Part shown: in pieces, positions 55,605-63,292 of the stretch | Layout: the number at the start of each line of letters is the position of its first letter | Position numbering within the stretch: the stretch's first letter is position 1 | Notes under the pieces: model-generated | The model's database searches: none | What the model was told of the DNA's origin: nothing | Seen by the model: only the letters and a program-made list of their open reading frames with translations | Program-made: the position numbers and the translations under genes | Virus record (IMG/VR): IMGVR_UViG_3300021425_002620 | DNA length: 64,000 bases | Strand: one strand, 5' to 3' | Source: a virus | Lineage: Duplodnaviria > Caudoviricetes

Positions 55605-56345
55605 GTGCAAGAGAGTGCAGAAGAATTTTTAAAACAGTTAAAGAACGATTTGCATAGATATATTGATGCATTCAAAGAGAAAACTAGAGATTTTAAAGTA
55701 GGTCATATAGAAGATATTGATAAGTTTTTTGACGAATATTTAGGAAAACTATTTGATAATAAAACCGACCAAAGAATTTTTGATTCTATCAAAACTTTAA
55801 GGTTTCTCGAGCCACATCATGTAGATAACTGTAAAGCAATACTTGATCGTATGAGTTTACTAGAACAACTACCAAAAAATGCTGTAGTAGCAGAAATAGG
55901 TGTTGATAGAGGTCGGTTTGCAGAACGCATATACGAAGTAACACAACCACGAAAGCTACATCTTATTGATATTTTTCAATTTGATTATCAATTAGAATCA
56001 ATAAACAATATACTAGGCAAAAAAGAAAACATAGAGATACATCAAGTAGACTCTGCAGAAGCAGGAAATTTGTTTGATGACGATTATTTTGACTGGATCT
56101 ATATAGATACTGATCATACATATGAAAGAACTAAAGCAGAACTAAATGCATTTGCAAATAAAATTAAACCAGGAGGTTATATATCAGGTCACGACTACTT
56201 TCAAGTTGGTATATCAAACGGGTTTTCATACGGTGTAATGAGTGCAGTACACGAGTTTGTAGTTATTAATGACTGGAAACTATATGCAGTTACACTAGAA
56301 CCTTTAGAAAATCAAAGTTTTGTTATACAAAAGCCAAATAACTAA
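55605..56345 (+). CDS. Class I SAM-dependent methyltransferase (Methyltransf_24-like)
   Basis: AEIGVDRG; LHLIDIF; FDWIYIDTDHTYE; KPGGYISGHDY. Confidence 0.85.
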   Translation: MQESAEEFLKQLKNDLHRYIDAFKEKTRDFKVGHIEDIDKFFDEYLGKLFDNKTDQRIFDSIKTLRFLEPHHVDNCKAILDRMSLLEQLPKNAVVAEIGVDRGRFAERIYEVTQPRKLHLIDIFQFDYQLESINNILGKKENIEIHQVDSAEAGNLFDDDYFDWIYIDTDHTYERTKAELNAFANKIKPGGYISGHDYFQVGISNGFSYGVMSAVHEFVVINDWKLYAVTLEPLENQSFVIQKPNN

Positions 56346-57106
56346 ATCTTATAATACTCTAAAGTTTCAATATTATCCCATATCTGCTCGCCCATTGTAT
56401 CGCATGTTCTATTGAACTCGTCGACAAACTTAAACACATTATCAACAGGAAGTGTTTTTAATATGTCTAATCGTGCGTTCCACCATTTTGTTTCTAAAAG
56501 CATTTCTTTTACTTTATCGGGAAATCTATCTCTAATAATTTTATTTACTCCACCTACAATAGTATAAGGTGAAACATCTTTAGTAATTACAGCGTTAGCA
56601 GCAATAACAGCACCGTTGCCAATCGTAACACCTGGCATTACAATAATGTTGTCGCCTAGGTATACATCATTACCTATTATAACAGGGCGACCGTTCATTT
56701 CTTTTACATCTGTTTGACTTCTACTAATGTTTAGCATAGCAAGTTCTTTGTCTGTATAATTACTCTGGTTAGCCATTATAGTATCTGGATTAATACTGAC
56801 GCCTGAAAAGTTATGCATACCAGCAGCAATAGTACAGCGATATCCTATACCACTATGTCTGCCCATAAAAAAGTTATCTCGCATATAACCACCATCTCTA
56901 ATACTAGAATATGCTCCGATAAAGATTGTATTTGGTTCGGAAGTAAAATTAGGACAATCAACCTTACAGCCTTTTTCAAATAAAATATTATTTAAAAATG
57001 AAATATTCTCTGTACGTATTTTATGTTCTTCTGTTGTAGTTATGGTTTGATCTGCAGATAATTTCTTTTGTTTAAAGGATTCTAATTTATCTTCTATACC
57101 TTTCAT
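56342..57106 (-). CDS. CatB/Vat-like hexapeptide-repeat O-acetyltransferase
   Basis: PVIIGNDVYLGDNIIVMPGVTIGNGAVIAANAVITKDVSPYTIVGG. Confidence 0.85.
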   Translation of the reverse strand: MKGIEDKLESFKQKKLSADQTITTTEEHKIRTENISFLNNILFEKGCKVDCPNFTSEPNTIFIGAYSSIRDGGYMRDNFFMGRHSGIGYRCTIAAGMHNFSGVSINPDTIMANQSNYTDKELAMLNISRSQTDVKEMNGRPVIIGNDVYLGDNIIVMPGVTIGNGAVIAANAVITKDVSPYTIVGGVNKIIRDRFPDKVKEMLLETKWWNARLDILKTLPVDNVFKFVDEFNRTCDTMGEQIWDNIETLEYYKI

Positions 57107-57111
57107 AAATC

Positions 57112-57119
57112 TATTTATA
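57112..57119 (-). promoter_or_regulatory. Exact T4 late consensus TATAAATA, 5 nt before ATG 57106
   Basis: Minus strand reads TATAAATA-GATTT-ATG. Confidence 0.7.
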
Positions 57120-57132
57120 AAAAAACAGGCAG

Positions 57133-57139
57133 ATAAATA
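57133..57139 (+). promoter_or_regulatory. Late-type box ATAAATA, 5 nt before ATG 57145
   Basis: ATAAATA-TAATT-ATG; back-to-back with the minus-strand box in a 38-bp gap. Confidence 0.7.
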
Positions 57140-57144
57140 TAATT

Positions 57145-57705
57145 ATGGACTGGACAAAAATTAAAGCAGCTACTATTGATTTAGATGTTGATACAAACCG
57201 ATTAGAAAATGAATTAAAGAATATCCCTAACGATCGATGGGGTTCTTATATTCACCAATCGGGTCATGAATGGAAGAGTATGTTCATTAACAAAAATTCT
57301 ACAGAAGTTTTTAAAGATTTTAAAACTGCTAAAATGATACCCCATAGCGATTGGTATTGGGATGAAACTTTAGACACTCCGTATTTAAAAGAATTAGTAG
57401 AGTCGTTACCTATGAAAAATATTGGCATGATTAGGGCATTTATTTTAAATGGTCCTCTTGTAATGCATACAGATAGTAACGAAACTACTCCAGTTGAATT
57501 AAATTATAATTTAGGTTTAACCATTGCAACTAAAATGGAAGGTCCTATGCAAATGGCCGGCTGTGGACCTATTGAAGGTTATAATGTATTGTTTAATGAT
57601 TCTATAGAGCACGGATTTCCAAACGGTGTTGGCGAGCAAATTAGTTTAAGAATATTTGGAGATTTTGACTACGATAAATTTAAGGTAACACGCATATATG
57701 AATAG
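57145..57705 (+). CDS. 2OG-Fe(II)/Asp-Asn beta-hydroxylase-like oxygenase
   Basis: LVMHTD...FNDSIEHG...SLRIFG. Confidence 0.65.
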   Translation: MDWTKIKAATIDLDVDTNRLENELKNIPNDRWGSYIHQSGHEWKSMFINKNSTEVFKDFKTAKMIPHSDWYWDETLDTPYLKELVESLPMKNIGMIRAFILNGPLVMHTDSNETTPVELNYNLGLTIATKMEGPMQMAGCGPIEGYNVLFNDSIEHGFPNGVGEQISLRIFGDFDYDKFKVTRIYE

Positions 57706-58153
57706 TATAATTAAAAAATCATCTATTTTAGACTTTACAAAAGAAAGTCTGTTTGTTGTAGAACAAGAGTTTACAAACGAATTTATGGGAATGACCCTTC
57801 AACGTGCAGTAACTAAAAATTTAAAACTTCTAGATATAGAAGAATTATCTCCAATTAGAGAGTACATTTTAAGTTGTATTCCTGGATACGAGTTTATGGG
57901 CAGCTGGGCATCTAAGATTGATCCGGGAGTTGGTGCAGGAGAACACATTCATCCTGATGCTGATGTTTCGGGTACAATATGTCTAAGCATTAATGAAGGA
58001 ATCATATATCACCATGTAGAAAACATTGTAAGGAAGGAAATTTTATATCCTAACGATTTAATATTCTGGCCGTCAAATATTGTACATTCTGTACCAATTA
58101 ACGAAAATGAAAATCCTTGGTATAGTATTAATTTTGATTTAAGGAAAGTTTAA
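57698..58153 (+). CDS. Putative 2OG-Fe(II) oxygenase (TIGR02466-like)
   Basis: EHIHPDADVSGTICL...LIFWPSNIVHSV. Confidence 0.75.
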   Translation: MNSIIKKSSILDFTKESLFVVEQEFTNEFMGMTLQRAVTKNLKLLDIEELSPIREYILSCIPGYEFMGSWASKIDPGVGAGEHIHPDADVSGTICLSINEGIIYHHVENIVRKEILYPNDLIFWPSNIVHSVPINENENPWYSINFDLRKV

Positions 58154-58599
58154 TGTATCTAGAATATCTTGACTTACCTAAATTATCAGCAAATTTAATA
58201 GAAAACGTATATGAGACAGTCAAAACTAGTAAAAAATATACTAGTCAAGGAAACACAGATGCCGAAAATTATGAACACTTTACAAGTATAGATGCTAGTA
58301 ATGAATTAAAAAAATTTACTCAAAGCATTTTTGATTTTGAACATCTCACCCATATATTTTTTTTAACAGACGATTTACCTATGCATATTGATAATCTTGA
58401 TGTAAGAAGTAAAGCCTATAATTATGTTATCGAGTCCGGCGGCGGAAACACTAACATTTATAATCAAAAAGCAGAACTAATAGAATCTTATGATATTGAT
58501 TTACATCGTTGGCATATATTAGATGTTTCTCAAAACCATAGTGTTTCAATACCTAACCCTCCAAGGATATTAGTTACAGTAACGCCAATAAAAGGTTAA
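58153..58599 (+). CDS. 2OG-Fe(II)-type oxygenase
   Basis: LPMHID...WHILDVSQNHSV...RILVTV. Confidence 0.65.
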   Translation: MYLEYLDLPKLSANLIENVYETVKTSKKYTSQGNTDAENYEHFTSIDASNELKKFTQSIFDFEHLTHIFFLTDDLPMHIDNLDVRSKAYNYVIESGGGNTNIYNQKAELIESYDIDLHRWHILDVSQNHSVSIPNPPRILVTVTPIKG

Positions 58600-58602
58600 A
58601 TT

Positions 58603-60129
58603 ATGCATAATAACATAAAAAATATAACAATCGTTGGAGGTGGTACAGCAGGTTGGTTAGCAGCAGCCTGGTTTTCTAAATTTAATAAAAACTTAAAAAT
58701 AACACTGATTGAATCTCCTACTATTCCGCCTATTGGAGTAGGTGAAGCAGTTACTCCGCATGTTGCTATATTTTTTGAAAAACTTGGAATAAATGAAAAA
58801 GACTGGATGAAACATACAGGCGCAGTCTATAAGTATGCTAATAAATTTGTAAACTGGAATACTAACAAAAAAAGCGAATATTCTAGTTTTAATTATCCAT
58901 TAAATAGCTCTGTTTTGTTACGTGATATAGATCACGGATTAAATACTGATGATTTTATTACAAATGATATTAATACTGCTGATACATTTATGCACTTGTT
59001 AGCAACTGGAGAAATAGATAAATTTGACAAGTATTTTCACAGCCAATTCCCTTACATGGAAAATAATGTTGCTCCGTTTGATAACAATGATTATTTACTC
59101 AATAAAAATTATAGCTGGAGTCAGCATATAAACGCAGAACTAGCAGCTGAATATATAAGAGATAATGTTGCTATTCCTAATGGTGTAGAGCATATAAAAG
59201 CTAATGTTGCTAAAATTGTAAAAACTAATCAAGGCATTGACAAACTAATTTTAGATAATGGATCTATTAACCATGCAGATTTTTATATTGATGCTTCTGG
59301 CTTTAAAAGAATTTTAGCATCAGAATTAGAATGGAATTTTAAAGAATACAAAAACCAACCAATTAGATCTGCTTGGGTTTCGCAAACAGATTACAATGAT
59401 ATTGAATCTGAATTAGTTAACTATACACAAAGCATTGCTGAACCATTTGGATGGAGATTTAAAATAGGATTATATCACCGAATGGGTAATGGTTATTCTT
59501 ACAGTCCAGACCATTGTAGTGATGACATAGCTAAAGAATATTTTTTAAATCAATTATCAAATGTAAAAACTACTCCAAGAAAACTATCTTGGACTCCAGG
59601 AAGATTTGAAAATCCACTACAAGGTAATGTTGCAACTATAGGATTAAGTATTGGATTTATAGAAGCATTAGAAGCTACATCGCTTTTAATTATTACAGAA
59701 AGTATTAGAGAATTAAGTGAAGTCTTAAACAACAAAATGACTGTTGAAGAATTTAATAATCATACCAATAGAAAATTTGATATTATTGCTGATTTTATTT
59801 TGGTGCATTATACTTTAAGTGACAGAACCGATACTGAGTTTTGGAAAGATATGCATGAGCTTGGTAAAAAAGAAAATCATGCCGACTTAGTGTATGAATA
59901 TTTTAAAAAGTTAAAGTTTGGCCAAGGTAATGTGTTTCCTGATTTTATGTGGGGGCAAGTTGCACATAGTTGGGGACAAAATTTAGACAAATGGATTTTA
60001 GATTCTAAATATAAAGATTTAATCGATTTAACTAAACTACACTATACTAATAGTAAATGCAAACATGAGATTGTTAGTAGGTCGCGTTTAACAAATTACA
60101 AATGGCTTACTCGATATATCTATAACTAG
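58603..60129 (+). CDS. Tryptophan halogenase-like flavoprotein
   Basis: IVGGGTAGW; IGVGEA; YKYANKFVNW (catalytic-Lys region); FYIDASGF; GFIEALEAT. Confidence 0.85.
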   Translation: MHNNIKNITIVGGGTAGWLAAAWFSKFNKNLKITLIESPTIPPIGVGEAVTPHVAIFFEKLGINEKDWMKHTGAVYKYANKFVNWNTNKKSEYSSFNYPLNSSVLLRDIDHGLNTDDFITNDINTADTFMHLLATGEIDKFDKYFHSQFPYMENNVAPFDNNDYLLNKNYSWSQHINAELAAEYIRDNVAIPNGVEHIKANVAKIVKTNQGIDKLILDNGSINHADFYIDASGFKRILASELEWNFKEYKNQPIRSAWVSQTDYNDIESELVNYTQSIAEPFGWRFKIGLYHRMGNGYSYSPDHCSDDIAKEYFLNQLSNVKTTPRKLSWTPGRFENPLQGNVATIGLSIGFIEALEATSLLIITESIRELSEVLNNKMTVEEFNNHTNRKFDIIADFILVHYTLSDRTDTEFWKDMHELGKKENHADLVYEYFKKLKFGQGNVFPDFMWGQVAHSWGQNLDKWILDSKYKDLIDLTKLHYTNSKCKHEIVSRSRLTNYKWLTRYIYN

Positions 60130-60791
60130 ATTGTCTTCCAAGTATTGCCAGTTGCTTGTTCTCGTCTTGCATGGAAAGTCATTGTCTGCATATTAAAGAT
60201 ATCACCTGTTGAAAAACCATTTATAATGCATTCTGCTAAATGAGATGATGCATTTACTGGGTTAAACATTACGTGATGTTTATCTGCATTAACTGTAGTT
60301 ATATCAAACTTGCTTGAGTTATAACCTATAAATACAGGCGGCGGAAACTCTGTCATACCGTACCAGTTAGCAACAGTGCCAACACCTTTGCTTTTAAAGT
60401 CATCTATCATTTCTTGTGGAACTGGACCGCTTCCTGTAACCATGTATCTTACACAACTCATATCTAAGTCGCGCCATTCGTTATGTTCGGATAATATCTC
60501 CCAATGCCTAGGAATAAGTGCTATATAAGTTGGTTGAAACTCTTTGAACTTTGCTATATAATCTATAGCTTCGAACTTAGCACTTATAAGATTTGCTTTT
60601 GCTAGATAAGCAGGAAACGCAGTTACAGTATAATGTGCTATTGTATTTCCTGGAAATACATCTAGAACTCTGTCGTTGCTTGTAAGCCCTATTTCTTTAA
60701 TAGACAATCTTGCTAGTTCTTCTATCTCGTCCCAGCTGTGTGCAACCTTCTTAGGTGCCTTAGTGGTACCTGATGTAAGTAATGTTAGCAT
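60126..60791 (-). CDS. Minimal AMP-binding (ANL-family) adenylating enzyme
   Basis: TSGTTKAPK (A3), YGMTE (A5), STGD (A7); only 221 aa. Confidence 0.7.
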   Translation of the reverse strand: MLTLLTSGTTKAPKKVAHSWDEIEELARLSIKEIGLTSNDRVLDVFPGNTIAHYTVTAFPAYLAKANLISAKFEAIDYIAKFKEFQPTYIALIPRHWEILSEHNEWRDLDMSCVRYMVTGSGPVPQEMIDDFKSKGVGTVANWYGMTEFPPPVFIGYNSSKFDITTVNADKHHVMFNPVNASSHLAECIINGFSTGDIFNMQTMTFHARREQATGNTWKTI

Positions 60792-60796
60792 ATTAT

Positions 60797-60803
60797 TGTT
60801 TAT
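60797..60803 (-). promoter_or_regulatory. Late-type box variant ATAAACA, 5 nt before ATG 60791
   Basis: Minus strand reads ATAAACA-ATAAT-ATG, just downstream of the terminator. Confidence 0.5.
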
Positions 60804-60810
60804 CCGTCAC

Positions 60811-60837
60811 AAAAAAAGCCAATAGTTAAATTGGCTT
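60811..60837 (-). terminator. Rho-independent terminator for the minus-strand fibre gene
   Basis: Stem AAGCCAAT/ATTGGCTT (60816-60823, 60830-60837), 6-nt loop; the A-run at 60811-60817 gives the U-tract on the minus strand. Confidence 0.75.
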
Positions 60838-60852
60838 AATTTTAAGATTGTA

Positions 60853-62016
60853 TTAGTATAAATTGTTCCAAGAAGTGCCATCATACCCTTGGTGCTTTGC
60901 AACATCAGTTACAAACACTATCATGCCTGCAACCGGTGATGTGATAGCTGCGTCTCTTGCAGTAGCATCAGCATATGTACCCGGAGTAACAGGTCCTGGT
61001 GCTACAAACTGGCCAATGTGATCCATTGAAAAAATATTAATACCTGTGCCGCCAGCATTTGTAATAACGTTGAAACTAGATGAAGGATTAGTATCTGCCA
61101 TGTTTGCACTAGAGTCAAAACGTGCAGATGCTACAACTGCATTTAGAGTGCCGTTTAAACCTGTTTTATAACTTGATATTTTCCAGCCACCTATATAATC
61201 ACCTGCTACTAAATCTGTAGGTGTTTCTAAAGAACCTTTTACAGAATTAAAGTCTACATACGAAAATCCACCTAAACTGCCTGTAGATACTGACGTAATT
61301 TGTAATGGTATTCTGTTACTATTGTTTATAAAAATAGGCTCATCGGCTAGACCTGGAGTAATTACATTCGTAACAAGATTGTCTATATCTATTGTATCGC
61401 TAGTAGAGTCAAATATTAATTTAGTTCTATCAGCAGTATACAGTGATCCTGCTAATGAACCATCTGACGAATCAATTATTTTAGCATCTTCTATGGCATT
61501 ATATACATCAGCAATAACTCTACCTGTAGTTCCATTGATAATTTGTGTGCCACCGTCTGCGGTATAGACATCACCAAATGTAGTACCGTCGATACTTATT
61601 GGATAAGTTGCACCTTCTACTAATCCAGTGCCTGCTACAGAGTTATCATCACCAGGAACAAACTTTGTACCGTCCCATTTTAAAACTTGACCAACAGTTG
61701 CAGGAGTTGAAAGGTCTACGTCTGATAGTGCGTCGATGCTTTTGTCGTCTAGTTTTGTAGGATCGCCTGGTACAAATGCAGTATTACCAGCATCGTATAC
61801 TAGTCCTTGTCCGCCTACAGGTGGTGCAAGCACTGTTACGTCTGTTAAATCATTTAGTGCTAGTTCGTTATTTGCAATGTCAACTGCAACACCGCCTGGT
61901 GTTGTTCCATCGCCAACATATAATTTGCTTGTGTCAGTATCCCATACTGGCTCACCAACTTCTGGAGTGTATCCAGTGCGTTGAGCTGTGGTACCTCTTA
62001 ATACTTTTAATGCCAT
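60853..62016 (-). CDS. Tail fibre-like protein with Mtd_N-type N-terminal domain
   Basis: LRGTTAQRTGYTPEVGEPVWDTDTSKLYVGDGTTPGG; two L.DL.DV...GQ.L.(Y/W)D...FVPG repeats; C-terminal ARDAAITSPVAGMIVFVTD...YDGTSW. Confidence 0.7.
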   Translation of the reverse strand: MALKVLRGTTAQRTGYTPEVGEPVWDTDTSKLYVGDGTTPGGVAVDIANNELALNDLTDVTVLAPPVGGQGLVYDAGNTAFVPGDPTKLDDKSIDALSDVDLSTPATVGQVLKWDGTKFVPGDDNSVAGTGLVEGATYPISIDGTTFGDVYTADGGTQIINGTTGRVIADVYNAIEDAKIIDSSDGSLAGSLYTADRTKLIFDSTSDTIDIDNLVTNVITPGLADEPIFINNSNRIPLQITSVSTGSLGGFSYVDFNSVKGSLETPTDLVAGDYIGGWKISSYKTGLNGTLNAVVASARFDSSANMADTNPSSSFNVITNAGGTGINIFSMDHIGQFVAPGPVTPGTYADATARDAAITSPVAGMIVFVTDVAKHQGYDGTSWNNLY

Positions 62017-62059
62017 TTTTAATTAACTCCTGATAACCTTTGACAGTTCTTCTATACTG

Positions 62060-62066
62060 TATTTAT
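62060..62066 (-). promoter_or_regulatory. Late-type box ATAAATA
   Basis: Intergenic, upstream of SD GGAG and ATG 62016. Confidence 0.6.
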
Positions 62067-62079
62067 GCCAAACAGGAAA

Positions 62080-62400
62080 TTATTTTCTCTTCTTCATAAA
62101 TTGTCTAGTGCGTTTTTGAACATCGCGTTTTACTTTATCAATATTAACTATAAAGTTAACACCTTTTATAGCGTCTTCGTATTCTTCAAAAAGCTCTTCT
62201 AGTGTTGCTTCTAGTTCGTCAGCACCGCGTTGATCTGAAGTGGCACGTGGGTCTACATCAACAACCCACGTATTACCATCATCAAAATGCACTTCTACTG
62301 CTTTAATATATTGAACAGGTACTACTTCCACGTCAATAGATTCGAGTACTTCTGGCCATTTTTTGATAATATCTTTCGCAAATTTACCTTTATTAGCCAC
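62080..62400 (-). CDS. Hypothetical protein
   Basis: 106 aa ORF overlapping the upstream stop. Confidence 0.6.
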   Translation of the reverse strand: MANKGKFAKDIIKKWPEVLESIDVEVVPVQYIKAVEVHFDDGNTWVVDVDPRATSDQRGADELEATLEELFEEYEDAIKGVNFIVNIDKVKRDVQKRTRQFMKKRK

Positions 62401-62995
62401 CGCTCGCAGTCTTCGCTTTGGCTTTCTTAGTTGGGACCAGCTCTTCGGCCTGCTCTCTTAGGCGCTTTGCTTCTTTAAACATTGCGTCAGCCTGCGAACG
62501 AAATTGAGCAGCAAGATCTTCGTCTGATAGGACACCAGTTGGTGCATCAGTTTCTCCTGTTGATACACTTTGAACACTTGCTTCTGTTGAAGCTGTTTCA
62601 GTAGAGCCACTAGACATAGCTAAATCTGCAACAGTTACACCTTGTTGTTCTGCTACAAGTTGGTTAAGTTCTGCTAGAACAATACTTGATTGCATGTTTG
62701 GTGTTACTTCAATATCAGTAGTAGGAACTTTAGTTAGTTTACCCATTTTATCAAATTGTACTAACATGTTTCTACCATCAGGCAAACGTGTTCTAAACAT
62801 TGCATCAGCAAGTTCTTTTGCATTTTGACCTGTATTGCTTTCAATCAACTGCATTAGTGATTGATGATCGGGTGAGTCTAAAGTATCAGTATAGACTACT
62901 AAGCAATGATCAGGATCATTAGGCACAACTCTATATGCTATTGCACATTTACGTTGACCTTTAACTGATCTTCCTACGTGTTTTAAATCTGCCAT
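62393..62995 (-). CDS. Hypothetical protein
   Basis: 200 aa; low-complexity linker and short C-terminal helix (DEDLAAQFRSQADAMFKEAKRLREQA). Confidence 0.6.
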   Translation of the reverse strand: MADLKHVGRSVKGQRKCAIAYRVVPNDPDHCLVVYTDTLDSPDHQSLMQLIESNTGQNAKELADAMFRTRLPDGRNMLVQFDKMGKLTKVPTTDIEVTPNMQSSIVLAELNQLVAEQQGVTVADLAMSSGSTETASTEASVQSVSTGETDAPTGVLSDEDLAAQFRSQADAMFKEAKRLREQAEELVPTKKAKAKTASGG

Positions 62996-62997
62996 AA

Positions 62998-63246
62998 TTA
63001 TTCCCCTTGTGGAGCACCTTCACCTTGTGCTTCAGCGGCTGCTGCCTGCTGTTCTGCTACTGCATTTAAAAATGCTTCTAGCTTAGTGTATAGTGTACCA
63101 ACAGTTGTCATTTCGTTTGGTTTAAATGCACCACGCTGACTTGCTACATCAATCACTGATTTCATTGCAGTTAGATCTTGAATAGTAAGATCTGGAGATT
63201 GTTGTGCTTCTGCTTCTGGTGCGGTTTGAGTTTGCTGTTCGCTCAT
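62998..63246 (-). CDS. Small hypothetical protein
   Basis: 82 aa; strong SD AAGGAG; helical core (IDVASQRGAFKPNE) with Q/E/A-rich tails. Confidence 0.65.
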   Translation of the reverse strand: MSEQQTQTAPEAEAQQSPDLTIQDLTAMKSVIDVASQRGAFKPNEMTTVGTLYTKLEAFLNAVAEQQAAAAEAQGEGAPQGE

Positions 63247-63285
63247 ATTAAATTTCTCCTTTGTTAATAATATATATGCGCAGTT

Positions 63286-63292
63286 TATTTAT
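63286..63292 (-). promoter_or_regulatory. Late-type box ATAAATA
   Basis: Overlaps the stop of 63289..63567, about 40 nt upstream of ATG 63246. Confidence 0.5.

Noticed and set aside
56342-57106. Phage-borne chloramphenicol resistance gene
   Set aside because: The hexapeptide fold is shared with many sugar O-acetyltransferases and the glycan-enzyme context is the simpler explanation; no resistance claim is supportable.
25658-60791. RiPP cluster with a short precursor peptide for the SPASM/twitch enzymes
   Set aside because: Genes overlap or are separated by less than 70 bp and those gaps hold promoter motifs; I found no small ORF with an RBS or leader/core pattern. A precursor outside the window is not excluded.
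60126-60791. NRPS or PKS assembly line
   Set aside because: A single truncated adenylation core; no condensation, thiolation, ketosynthase or PPTase genes in the window.
60853-62016. Diversity-generating retroelement targeting the Mtd_N or BspA proteins
   Set aside because: No reverse transcriptase and no near-identical repeat pair differing at adenines; the two exact repeats found are in-frame intragenic duplications.
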